A stretch of 64,000 bases of DNA from Podarcis erhardii (lineage: Eukaryota), in assembly GCA_964252035.1 (NCBI GenBank), contig OZ176205.1; one strand, 5' to 3'. Shown piece after piece: positions 1-11,895 of this stretch (position 1 is its first letter; every line of letters begins with the position of its first letter). The position numbers were made by a program, and so were the translations under genes. Under the pieces are notes generated by a model. That model was not told the DNA's origin and did not search any database. It saw nothing but the letters and a program-made list of their open reading frames with translations.

Positions 1-380
1 GCCCCAGCAAATTCAGGGAGCTTTCTTTGGAGTTTCCCCTCTGTAGGATTGTGCTGCAAAGAACAATGTTATTACTGTGGTAAATATTAAAAAGCTAGGG
101 GCTAGGAAGAACTGCCTCAGGAATTCCGAGAAAGAAGCTTTCCCCTGCCAGCTTAAAAGGTGGCCGGAAAGCAAAGACATGGGCAGCAAGGGGGGACTCT
201 AGAAAATAGCCACAAGTCAGGTTGTCACAAACTTGGAGGTAAATGGGAAAGCCTGTGTCCCATGTTCTTTGTGCAGTGTTCATAAGGAGTTGCCCATGAA
301 AAGCCAGGCGGTTTGAGGGGTTGCAGCTAATGAGAGATTCCCCACGGGGGGTGGGGTGGAAGTGGGTTCTGCTCATACAC

Positions 381-1093
381 TGATGTGATTGCTCGTACGG
401 CACACCACCTCAATCTCTGAGCAGTGCGAGATTCCAAGGTTTCCAGGCGCTAACTCAGAGTTCCTGTTTCCTTTTGGAAAGACTGTGGTGCCTTTAGGGT
501 ATGTGATTTATTTACGCATATATACAACATGAGCCTACTGTGGAGGGGTTCACAGCACTAGCACCCCAAGGGGGTCTTGTTTCTCCCATAGCCATGGCCT
601 TGGATTCAAACATTGTGCTCTGCCTCTCTGGTTTTCCCGCCTGCAGCTTTACTTCTAGATCACCCACAACACTTTCAAAAGTCGGGCTTTTGTCCTTCTT
701 GCTGTCTGTGAGCGGAGGCTGCACCCATTTGCCATCTCACACAGAGCCCCCTCTCCTTTGCTTTCTTAATGGCTCATCACCTTGTCTTTCCTTAATGGCC
801 CATCACCCAAGTGATCATTGTTGTTTGGTCATTTAGTCGTGTCCGAGTCTTCGTGACCCCATGGACCAGAGCACTCCAGGCACTCCTGTCTTCCACTGCC
901 TCCCGCAGTTCGGTCAAACCCAAACGATTACCTGAACACAATAAGCTAGCCTGCCTTGATTAGCTTCTAAGACTTGCTGAGTTCAGGGATTAGGTGTCGG
1001 GCACCCAGTTTAACACCCCAAGCTTTCATTAGATTCCAACACTTTACTGGGTGCAGGAATTTATATTGGTTTGGCACCCGCAAACTCATAACA
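381..1093 (-). mobile_element. LTR-like dispersed repeat (probable solo LTR)
   Basis: TG...CA ends with a possible 4-bp TSD acac. Shares blocks with 23282-23552 (tttatttac.catatatacaacatgagccta) and 26820-27264 (gtcttgtttctcccatagcca; caaactcataaca). tttatt on + is AATAAA on minus. Confidence 0.6.
815..922 (-). mobile_element. BovB 3' tail fragment inserted in an LTR-like repeat
   Basis: ttgttgtttggtcatttagtcgtgtccgagtcttcgtgaccccatggaccagagc is the reverse complement of the BovB 3' end at 11750-11810. Confidence 0.85.
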
Positions 1094-2579
1094 ACACTTA
1101 GCATTTAAATTGCACTTTTTATGTGAACTTGTCACCTAATGTATTCCTCTTCGCTGTCTTTGTTTGCCAACATATATTTCAATGCCTCCTTTGTGTGGCT
1201 CTCCCACTCTGTCCTTGTGCTTTTTTCCAGCCCGCCCACCTCACATGAAACGAATTCTAAGCTTTGCTCTTCCTGCCTCCACCTCCCTGAAAAACACCAC
1301 GGTCTTTTTTGTTGACGAGGGATTCTTAGTGACAGAGCATCAGCTTTGCATGCAGAAGGTCCCAGGCTAAATCCCTGACAGCTCCAAGTAGGGCTAGGAA
1401 TTTCCCTGGCTAAAAAGCCTGGGGAGTAATTGCCACCTCCAGGGGCGTAGCGTGGGTTGCCAGTGCCCAGGGCAGGGCAAGTGTTGTATCTCTCTGGTGG
1501 ACTGGGCAGCGTTCAGTCCCTTTGCCAGACTCAAGGGAGTCTGTCCTTGCAAACTAGCCCCGACGTGGGAGCAGAGATAAGGCAGAGAAACGTGAAGCTA
1601 GGAGCACCGCTGTGTTGCCTCACCCTCCTGTCCTTGCAGCGAGGTGCTCTAGACCAGGCACATAGCTCTGGCAGTGCTTTCCTGCTTTCCTCTTCCTCCT
1701 TCCATCTTGACTGGCCCACGGGTGGGGTGCACACAGATGTTCCTTCACAGGCCAATAGGAGGAGGCACTTTTGCCCCAGCCCCGAATGGCCCTGTGCAAT
1801 TAACCACTGCCTGGCAGAAATTCAGCAGATGTCACCATTTCTTGCCACATGCATATAGCAATGGGAATGGGTTCACATTTGAATTCTGTCTATCGTACAG
1901 CCTAGCACTTCTGTTTTCACTTTTCCTTGAACCCGCTCAGTCCCTGCTTTGTGTAACATCATCCATACATCCTAGGCAGCTTCAATTGCAATCATTCCTG
2001 TGATCGTAAAAGCCAGACGTAACCCCATAGGCTGTTGATGCAAATACAACTTGGTATAAATAAAAACAAATATTCAAGCCGCATTCAGTTCTGCTAGAAG
2101 GTTAAGTGTGATGAAATTGATTTCCCAGCTGACAACAACACAATGCCTGTCTTTGCAAAATGAGCATATGAAACACACACTCAGCACCTTGAATTATCCA
2201 GCAGGGATTTCTGTTATTAGAACTGCCTAGTTGCTAATGTAAACAGGATGCTCAGGCTAGGCAGATGTCTGAGCAATGTGACTAAACCTAAGAAAACACA
2301 GCCATATCAATGAGATAAGAATTGTGTTGTTTTCTATAAATTAAAGTTTCAGTTGCTTGCAGTCGCTATTCTCAAAACAAAGTTTGTAGATGGGTGCTTT
2401 ACTACAAGTAGCAAGATAACAAGATAGCAGCAGCAATAACAGAGCCAAGGCATTCATTGCTCAAAGTGTGCTGGGCCTGTGATTGCTGGAAAAAAGAGTT
2501 GCCAGCCAGTTGCCCATTGCCAGGGCAGTGCGCTTGTTGCCTCCTCATCGTTGGATCCCACAGCAATGTTTGCGTAATG

Positions 2580-3064
2580 CAGAGGTTTTCAACCTTTTTG
2601 GGTCCACAGCTCCCTTGACCAACTACATTCTTTCTGCAGAACTCCTGTGGGGCTCACGAGTTATGTCACCCCTTGGCTGCAGAGCTGGCAGCCTCTCACC
2701 CCTTTTCAAATACCTCCCTTGTGGAGTGTTTCCCCAGCCTCCTCTCCTTGGGAGTTTTCTGGGCAGCCGCAGCTGCCACCCCCGGTCTCTGAGCTGCCCC
2801 CCCACCCCAAAGAGAGGTGCCTCCTCACACTGCCCCACAGGGGCCTGGGAAGCACCCCCTGGCCAGCCCCAGAACCACCATTCGCCTGGGGAGCTTGTAG
2901 CCAGGGCTGCTGCAACAAACAGCTGTGCAAGCCTTTGGGAGGCAGAGATGTGAGGGGGCATCAGAGGAAGGGAGGGAAGGAAAGAAAGAGGGACAGAGGC
3001 AAGTGTTGCCCACGGCACCCCTGGCACCCCTCAGGTGCCATGGCACACTGGTTGAAAACCACTG
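2580..3064. mobile_element. hAT non-autonomous element
   Basis: TIR cag(a/t)ggttttcaacc; 8-bp TSD gcgtaatg/gcataatg. Confidence 0.8.
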
Positions 3065-3578
3065 GCATAATGGAATCACGTGGAAGAGGTGTGAAGTTCA
3101 AGGTGGTGTAGTGATGGTGTGGAATGTGCACACCATTGGTGCATCCCTTGTCAATCTGTTCAGTCAGGATCATACAAATCATCCCAGAGATCTCTCTGCC
3201 CCGATTCTACTCCCTGTTTCTACTTCCTCCAGTTAACACTACTACTGTATTAAAGTAAGTGTGGTTTGGATGCTTGCCAATGTTTACATTTCCAAATAAT
3301 CCAGGTCCCAAGAAGGATTGCTTTTAAAATGAGCAACTTTTATGCAAGAATGTTTCCTCCAGTTAAGAAGAAATGTCCTTTCTATGCTTTAACTGGCACA
3401 CTTGATAAAAGACCGAGAAGGACAGGAGAGACTCTATAAATGCAGAAGATAGTATGAAAATTCAAAACTTTTTTAAAAAAGGAATGTACAGTATGTTGCA
3501 GTTAAAACATTCTCTTGATGGTAGTGCTGAATCATTAATACAATTTAGGATGCAATACTATTCCTATAGTCTCTAGTG

Positions 3579-3714
3579 CTGGCTTCCTCAAACTCGGCCC
3601 TCCAGATGTTTTGAGACTACAATTCCCATCATCCCTGACCACTGGTCCTGCTAGCTAGGGATCATGGGAGTTGTAGGCCAAAAACATCTGGAGGGCCGAG
3701 TTTGAGGAAGCCTG
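3579..3714. mobile_element. hAT palindromic MITE
   Basis: TIR c(t/a)ggcttcctcaaactcggccctccagatg; perfect 8-bp TSD ctctagtg. Relatives at 44308-44444 and 53660-53795. Confidence 0.85.
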
Positions 3715-3915
3715 CTCTAGTGTAATACATGGAATCTGGTATTTGTAAGAAGTGCAGTTACAGTTAATTTCACTAGTTGGTGCTAGTGATAATAGAGTTG
3801 TATATGAAGAACCAAATAGTTGCTAAAATAGTGTGGTAGGAGAGTTGGGGGTGGGGGGTGGGAATCACAACTAGCAACCAATGCATCCCTTTTGGTTTCA
3901 TAAAGTACAGGGGTA

Positions 3916-4265
3916 AAGGTAAAGAGACCCCTGACTATTAGGTCCAGTCGTGGCCGACTCTGGAGCTGCGGCACTCATCTCGCTTTATTGGCCGAGGGAG
4001 CCAGCGTACAGCTTCCGGGTCATGTGGCCAGCATGACTAAGCCGCTTCTGGCAAACCAGAGCAGCGCACGGAAACGCCGTTTACATTCCCGCTGGAGCAG
4101 TACCTATTTATCTACTTGCACTTTGACGTGCTTTCGAACTGCTAGGTTGGCAGGAGCAGGGACTGAGCAACGGGAGCTCACCCCGTCACAGGGATTCGAA
4201 CCGCCAACCTTCTGATCGGCAAGTCCTAGGCTCTGTGGTTTAACCCACAGCGCCACCCTAGTCCC
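3916..4265 (-). mobile_element. Sauria SINE (POM/Squam1-like), near full length
   Basis: Typical ggtaaagggacccctgac...gtgctttcgaactgctagg...cacagcgccacc sequence; 13-bp TSD aagtacaggggta at 3903-3915 and 4266-4278. Confidence 0.9.
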
Positions 4266-4344
4266 AAGTACAGGGGTAGACAAGTCTAAAAAGCCAGGGA
4301 CAAAAAATTTTACAGCCCTCTAGTGGCTATGGTGGTTCCCACTA

Positions 4345-4465
4345 AAAAAGGTAAAGGGACCCATGACTGTTAAATCCAGTTGCGAATGACTCTGGGGTTG
4401 CGGCACTCATCTCGCTTTAGTGGCCAAGGGAGCCAGCATTTTTCCACAGACAGCTTCCACTACAC
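4345..4465 (-). mobile_element. Sauria SINE 3' fragment
   Basis: aaggtaaagggacccatgactgttaaatccagt...gactctggggttgcggcactcatctcgc matches the 3' part of the other copies. Confidence 0.8.
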
Positions 4466-4631
4466 ACACCCAGAATCTGCTCCGGAGTATCTCTACCTTC
4501 CAAAGCTGATTTTGAGAGGGCGCAGGGGGACTGGAGGCAACAGGAGAGGGCGAGGAAGTTCTGTTGTTCGCAAGAAGTCCCTTGTAGCAGCAGAGCTGCA
4601 GTGTTGCATATGGACCTTAGTTTAGAATGTA

Positions 4632-4873
4632 CAGTGGTACCTTGGGTTACAGACGCTTCAGGTTACATACACTTCAGGTTACAGACTCTGCTAACCCAGA
4701 AATAGTACCTTGGGTTAAGAACTTTGCTTCAGGATGAGAACAGAAATTGTGTGGCGGTGGTGCAGCAGCAGCGGGAGGCCCCATTAGCTAAAGTGGTACC
4801 TCAGGTTAAGAACAGTTTCAGGTTAAGAATGGACTTCCAGAATGAATTAAGTTCTTAACCTGAGGTACCACTG
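4632..4873 (+). mobile_element. Tc1/mariner (Tigger-like) MITE
   Basis: TIR cagtggtacc.../...ggtaccactg, flanked by TA. Confidence 0.85.
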
Positions 4874-6748
4874 TAAATGTCCCTTTTACAGTCAGTTTTC
4901 AGATTAAGAAGAAACTACGTCTCTCACCTACTGGGGCATTCATTCCAATCTCCATTACACAACAATTGCGTTTGTGACTGATTACCCTTGAGCAGTATAA
5001 ACCTCTCGGTTACATTCTCCCTGATAGGATGACATATATCAGAATTTGCCTCAAACTCATCACTCTGAGGAAGCAACAATGTGGGGAAGCTCAAAAACAG
5101 AGCTTCAAAGGCTCCCTCTGCAGATGGCACCCAAACAAAGGCCTCTTTCTGTGAAGTGAATTGGCCACTTTCGTTCTTATGCTCTGAAAGCATGGCATAG
5201 TCCTACATTCTAACATTACACTGAAATAATGTCTCACATTGTTCCTTTGGACTTTTTAGAAAAAGAAATATTAGCGAGCAATGGATGTTGATTAAATAAC
5301 CAAAAGTATTTTGTGAAGGGCAGAGTTCGTTGCCTACAATTTGGTGAATGTCAGCAGTCCCAGACATCGTTGTGAATGTCCCAAAACTCAGAGACACATT
5401 GGTGATCCTAAATGGGAAGAATAGAGTCTTGCACTACCTGAAGATGAAACTTTGTTCTCCTTAGGGAGCAATCCCTCAAACTGCTAGGTAAAGCTACCCA
5501 ATTTTATTCTAATTACTTAAAAAATAAAATAGAACACACTATCTAAAATTAATCTCCATACCTTCTAATATAAAGCTTCTGTTTAATTTTGTTTTTCACC
5601 CAATGAGGTACCGGTGTGTTTCACCTAAGGATGGAAATGGACTGTTGTAAGGGTTAGGTTTTGTATTTCCGGAGATGGGGGAACTGCCATTGTTAGTTTG
5701 TTTTTCTTCCCACAATTGTTGCTTCCAGATTATCAGCAATTCTAAATTTGCTTGAGGGGTGATTAGATGACTGTTGCATCAAGCAAATGTTACCCCACAC
5801 TTTGCAATGCATTTCCCTATCAATTCCTGCATCACAAAAAGTTTGTTGCTAAAAAGCAGCAAATCATCTTTAATTGTGGGGTCTTCATTTGCCAGTATAG
5901 TGACAGTCTGAAAGCATCTCCAGGCTTTGTGCATTCGTGTATAGTGTCTAACAAAACCTTATTTGAAGGTCCCCATCTCCTCCAGCACTCTGTCATAAGA
6001 TGAATGCAGGCAGATATGGTTACACTACTGGCGAATTTTTCTGTCTCTCCACCCCCTGTTTGTTTACATCTAGCCTGATGAAGAATTAAGGAGAACTTGT
6101 ACAGTACAATAATTTGTGACATTTTGGTTGTGCTAATAAAGGTATAGCCCTAATATGAATGTTGATCTTAGCCTGAAGGTGGTCGTCACTATTCACTGAT
6201 GTCCAACAGATGAGAAAAATGTGAATTTCAAAACATTAACCAATTTTGACTTGGAATGTCAACATGAATGATTGAAGGACTTTTCAGTGTATGTCTTTCA
6301 ACAAGAGGATATTTCAGTTTCAAGGGTATAGGAACAGGAATGTGAGTGGCAGGAATTACTTGCATTATCTGCTGTTGACATTCATTGTTGTAACATATTA
6401 ATTAACCATATTATGAAAGCATATAGACTACTTCATCAGGTCACCCATCTATTTTGGGGGAGGTTTTAGCTATCTAGGATTCTCCAGTGGTTATAAAATG
6501 TCTTCTGAGAAGACATGCGTAGGAGAGAGGTTGCATGTGTTCCTTGACTTTCTGATTTGTTAAAAGTTACAGATGAATCTGTAAACCAAGAGGAGACATT
6601 TGGTCATGGAGACAGTTCTTTAATTTTTTTTATAGACCTTTGCACTGAAGTGGGACAAGCTTTTCTCTCTTAAATCTCCCAATGAAGTCAAGTTTCTTGC
6701 ACCAGGGTCTGTGTCTAGAAGAATGTTCTGCAATGTAGATGTAGCTTG

Positions 6749-7982
6749 TTTTTTTTTTATATAAATATTTATTAAGGGTTTTTTTTTATAAAAGAAATGC
6801 ACAAATAATAAACAACATTAGTTATATCATAACAAAATCTCATAACTTCTTTGGACTTCCTCACGTCTCCTGCTCCCACTTACATTGTTGAAATTTTTTT
6901 TCAAGCAAATTATCATCTTGTTTACAATCTTATTTCCACTCATTTAAATATAATCTAACAATTCTCCAAAAGGTTTATGTTTTCCTTAATCTCACTTATC
7001 ATCAAATTCCAGTCTAATTTAGTGGTGGTCAATTATTTTATGATCAAGCATCCTTCTTAACATTCAACCAAATTACAATATTTTTGTAAATAAATCTTAA
7101 ATTTCTTCCAATCTTCTTCAATCCTTTCTTCTCCCAGGTCTCAGATTCTGCCAGTCATCTCCGCCAATTGCATATAGTCCATCAGCTGCATCTGCCACTC
7201 TTCCAGTGTGGGTAGATCTTGAGTTTTCCAGTTCTTAGCGATGAGTATCCTTGCTGCCGTTGTTGCATACATAAAAAATGTTCGGTCCTTCTTTAACACC
7301 TTCTGGCCGACAATACCCAGGAGGAAGGCTTCTGGTTTCTTAGTGAAGGTATACTTAAATACCTTTTTCAACTCATTATATATCATTTCCCAGAAGGCCT
7401 TCACTTTAGGGCAAGTCCACCAGAGGTGAAAGAATGTTCCTTCATTTTCTTTACATTTCCAACATTTATTATCAGACAAATGGTATATTTTGGCAAGTTT
7501 AACTGGGGTCATGTACCATCTGTATATCATTTTCATTACATTTTCCTTCAGAGCATTACATGCGGTGAAGTTCAGCCCAGTGGTCCATAACCTTTCCCAG
7601 TCCTCAAACATAATGTTATGCCTAATGTCCTGTGCCACTTTATCATAGCCGATTTAACCATTTCGTCTTGTGTGTTCCATTTTAACAGCAAGTTATACAT
7701 TCTTGATAATACCTTAGTCTTTGGTTCTAACAATTCTGTTTCCAACTTCGATTTCTCCACCTGGAACCCTAACTTTTTATCATTTTTAAAGACTTTTTTA
7801 ATCTGAGCGTAATGTAACCAGTCTCGCACTTTATCCTTCATTTTCTCCAAACTCTGCAATTTCCAATTGTCTCCATCTTTTTCTAATATTTCCCAATATT
7901 TTGGCCATTTGGCCTCCATATTGGGTCTTTTTCGGGCCTTAGCTTCCAGAGGGGAAAGCCACCTCGGAGTTTTGTTTTCCAA
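6749..7982 (-). mobile_element. 5'-truncated LINE-1 (ORF2 C-terminus, 3'UTR, polyA)
   Basis: ORF2 C-terminal CCHC-type knuckle (CWKC...HLWWTC), split by one 1-nt frameshift near 7636. PolyT at 6749. Perfect 20-bp TSD tgcaatgtagatgtagcttg at 6729-6748 and 7983-8002. Confidence 0.95.
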
Positions 7983-8213
7983 TGCAATGTAGATGTAGCT
8001 TGAAAGGAGTATAGGAATATGCTCCTCCCCTGTTGCCCTATCTGAACCCCCATCTCTGCCTTATTTTGGCTGCTGCAGAGGCAGAATGGTTCTGTCAGCA
8101 TAACAGGAGAGTTCTGCCAGCACATCTGTCATGCCAGCATCATATCTGGTGTTGAACCAGAGAGCACAGCAGGGCTTCTGGCATTTGGTAATAAGTTACA
8201 TTGGGACTTAGAG

Positions 8214-8686
8214 ACATAGAATGGTTGGAAGGGACCCAGTGGATCATCTAGTCCAGCCCTCTGTAATGCAGGAATATGCAGCTGTCCCATATGGGGATTG
8301 TGTTGGTTTCTGCTCTCTTCACTGTGCAGCGAAATGCTTGTCACAAGACAATGTTTACATTCCACAGTCAGAGTTGCTGTTGGGTTTTCTCACGGGAAAG
8401 GGAGACTGGATGTGACGTACACTGGTTTCCTGTTTTTCACTGTTCTTTGCAGTTCAGTGTGTGTGTTTCTCTCCGTGCTTTAGAGGAGAGAGGATGCTTT
8501 CTCTGCTCCGGCAGAGGCAAGATGTTTTTCTGTAACCTACCAGCTTTGAAATGTAAATAAAGCAATATAGAGTATGTGCACGTACTCCTCATCATTCCGC
8601 TGTGCACGGGACACTGCAATATCAACAGATTGAACCTGTGACCTTGGCATGTTTAGCGCTATGCTCTAACCAACTGAGCTATCCAG
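8214..8686 (-). mobile_element. tRNA-headed SINE with CR1-like tail, split by the solo LTR
   Basis: tRNA-like head (ctggatagctcagttggttagagc, minus strand) at ~8628-8686. Body and tail (cccatatgggacagctgcatattcctgcatt...tcccttccaaccattctatg) at ~8214-8300. Removing the LTR restores ggggattgaacctgtgacc. Confidence 0.75.
8301..8627 (+). mobile_element. Solo LTR (TGTTG...CAACA) with 5-bp TSD
   Basis: Begins tgttg and ends caaca. TSD gattg at 8296-8300 and 8628-8632. AATAAA near 8555. Interrupts a tRNA-SINE. Confidence 0.8.
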
Positions 8687-9805
8687 AAGACCTTATTTCC
8701 AAGTATACAATAAGATAAGGACACATAGCTGCCAGCCTATGCACATTTACTTGGGAGTAAGTCCCAATGAATTCAGTGGGACTTATTTCTAAGTAAACAT
8801 GTATAGCAGACTGAGGAATCTGTGGCCCTATAGATATTGTGGGAGTCCAACCCATGATCATTGACCGTGTAGCTAGGGCTGATGCGAGTTGTAGTTCAGC
8901 AATATCTGGAGGGCTCCCCTTCACTGGCATATAGGATCAGGCTCTTATTGGCACTTAGTCATGTCTGCATTATATATTACATGAATTTTTATGCATTTAG
9001 GTTTCTCCCTCCACTGCTGGTAGGAATTATTAGTTCAGCATGACCCAACTGATACATAATCAAGGTTATATTAGATGTACTACAGCATAGCAGAAAGACA
9101 GCAATGGTGTTTTAAATTACAGTATGCATTTAAGTATTTCTTAAGATGTAATAAATCTCTAAATTTGCTTGGAATGGGGAATATTTTTCAGAATTCAGCC
9201 CTCACAGTATGATTCACGAGTTGTTGACATCTGAGTAGGTCTGATCTTTTGTTGGTTGGGAAGGACTTTTCAAGGTATGTCTTTCAACAAGAGGACATTT
9301 CAGTTACAAGGATATATCAGTGGGAAATGATAGCTGATTGAGCAGGAAGAACGGTTGTGTGTTCTTTTCTATTAATACTTAATGCAATAGTCTCTGGGTT
9401 ATAAAATTTAATGAATGGGCTAATTATTGTTTGGTGCATATCAAGAGGATTTTTTGCTGAGCTACATTGTCTGTGAGAGATTTAAAATGCGATAGATTTA
9501 AAATGCTGCTTTAAGGAGTCTCAGCTAAGACATTTATTCTGCATTTGAAAATAAAATAGGCTATTTCACGCCTGTTAAAATAGCAAGTCCTAACTTGGTG
9601 CTTTATTATCTTATGTACACTGTGCTCTTTGGGAGGTTCTCTAGAGTATAGCAACAATTTTAATATGCAGTACCTTGTTCCTGCAAACACAAAACTGTTG
9701 TGTTTTAGCATTTAAATACAACTTTTAATCATAAAAAATCACAAAATGATTTACTGTGATTGAAGGAGTGAGTGGGAAACTTAAAAAAAGAAATGTATGG
9801 ATTAG

Positions 9806-10120
9806 GTAAAGGTAAAGGGACCCCTGACCGTTAAGTCCAGTCATGGACGACTCTGGGGTTGTGGCGCTCATCTCGCTTTATTGGCCAAAGGAGCCGGCAT
9901 ACAACTTCCGGGTCATGTGACCAGCATGACTAAGCTGCTTCTAGCCAACCAGAGCAGCACACAGAAACGCCGTTTACCTTCCTACCGGAGCAGTACCTAT
10001 TTATCTACTTGCACTTTGACATGCTTTCAAACTGCTAGGTGGGCAGGAGCTGCGATTGAGCAACGGGAGCTCACCCCGTCGCATGGATTCGAACCGCCAA
10101 CCTTCTGATCGGCAAACCCT
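9806..10120 (-). mobile_element. Sauria SINE, slightly 5'-truncated
   Basis: Same family as 3916-4265; 17-bp TSD agaaatgtatggattag at 9789-9805 and 10121-10137. Confidence 0.9.
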
Positions 10121-11368
10121 AGAAATGTATGGATTAGTTGACTTCATTTACTTACATTTAGATGTATATATTTAAACTTTCTCACAATAGAGTTGCAATG
10201 AAAAGAGTACGGAATGGGAAAACTGAACATACTAAAGCCCATAATTTGATATGGTTGGAAGATAATAGGAAGTGTTAATATGGACACTGGCATTATGAAG
10301 TGGTGCAATGTCTTTCCCCCCACTATTTTGACAGCATTATGGCTTAGATAAGTACCTCACATTATTCTGCTAACTAGAAACCCTTCTTGCCTTCGGCAAC
10401 AGAAAGGAAGAAAACGTTGACGCAACATATAAATTATTGCATTTATGAATTACTTCCTTGTCATCTGGATTACTGTGTAGGCAAAATTGAGATAGGGTTA
10501 GTAAATATGTATTACTAAAGGAAACAAATCACAGGAACAGGAATGTGCATGTAAGTTATTTCTTGCTAGTGTTGCATGATAAATGTAAGACCCAAAGAGC
10601 ACCTGAAACTGCTCTCCAAAGTCTTAAGCAAAGCTCTTTCCCGTCATCTACTGAATTCGGTGCAACTCTTGCACACAGCTTGTTTTCTTCCATGGAGGTA
10701 GGTCTGTTCCCCAGTGAAAAGGCATGATGATGATGATGATGATGATTATCACCAGTGGAAAGATTTTAATATTGAATCTGTGAGCTTGGATGGTCTCTCT
10801 TAAAGGTATTGCTCTGCCCTTGCGCACATCATTGTTCTCTGAAAAATCAGTCCTTCACCACAGCACTAACCTTACTCCTCAAAGCACAGAGAATGGCAAT
10901 GAATGCTAGGTGCCACAAGAGGGGGCTGAAGTGCAGCATAGGCTTGAAGGAAGTAGATTTATTAAGTGTATTCCCAGCAGAAACCTCACCTTTTGTCCTA
11001 GGGCTAGGATTGGCAAATATGGTCAGTGCTGGAGTACAGTTTAGAAAGAGAAGCTGCTTCTAAATTGCATGGTTGTGTTATATTCAGAAAACATCATTCG
11101 CATTCCATTTTTCTGAAGCTGGTAGATCATCTGGTGGCTATTTTGCATATTAATATACAATAAATCATATGTAAACAGACCTACACCTTCTGTGGTAAGC
11201 GGTTCATGGGAAGTAAGGAAGTGGCTGAGTCAGAGTTAGTCAGCCACCCCATGCCACGCTCACTATCCTGGGAAAAAGACCAACAATAGTTTAGGTTAGC
11301 TGTGGGGAACTTTGAAAGGTAGGGTTTAAAATGTGGGGAAAACAATAGTAAGCTTTATATATTACTAG

Positions 11369-11810
11369 AAGACTAAAAAGCAGAGACATCACCTTGCCAA
11401 CAAAGGTCCGTATAGTTAAAGCTATGGTTCTCCCAGTAGTGATGTATGGAAGTGAGAGCTGGACCATAAAGAAGGCTGATGGACTGCAAGATCAAACATA
11501 TCCATTCTTAAGGAAATCAGCCCTGAGTGCTCACTGGAAGGACAGATCCTGAAGCTGAGACTCCAATACTTTGGCCACCTCATGAGAAAAGAAGACTTCC
11601 TGGAAAAGACCCTGATGTTGGGAAAGATGGAGGGCACAAGGAGAAGGGGACGACAGAGGATGAGATGGTTGAACAGTGTTACAGAAGCTACCAGCATGAG
11701 TTTGACCAAGCTGCGGGAGGCAGTAGAAGACAGAAGTGCCTGGCGTGCTCTGGTCCATGGGGTCACGAAGAGTCGGACAGGACTAAACGACTAAACAACA
11801 ACAACAATCT
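11369..11810 (+). mobile_element. RTE-BovB LINE 3' fragment
   Basis: BovB RT C-terminus (...KTLMLGKMEGTRRRGRQRMRWL...), 3' end gtcggacaggactaaacgactaaacaacaacaac; small internal deletion. Confidence 0.9.
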
Positions 11811-11895
11811 CGGCATTGGCAGACCACCAGCTTTCAAAATCACCTTATTGTTCATAACAAGATTTTGCCGATTACACTTCAGCTGTGTCAGTTTC

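Noticed and set aside
2483-3236. Cluster of overlapping 100-156 aa ORFs
   Set aside because: Mostly inside the GC-rich hAT element at 2580-3064; no coherent protein.
8628-8686. tRNA-like sequence (also ~1325-1440 and ~17905-18000)
   Set aside because: These are SINE heads with degenerate stems continuing into SINE bodies, not functional tRNA genes.
6274-9317. ~55-bp similarity between 6274-6330 and 9259-9317 (gaaggacttttca...tgtctttcaacaagagga.atttcagtt)
   Set aside because: Similar aagaggatattt motifs recur elsewhere (e.g. ~54900), so these are most likely old copies of a dispersed repeat, not a functional pair.
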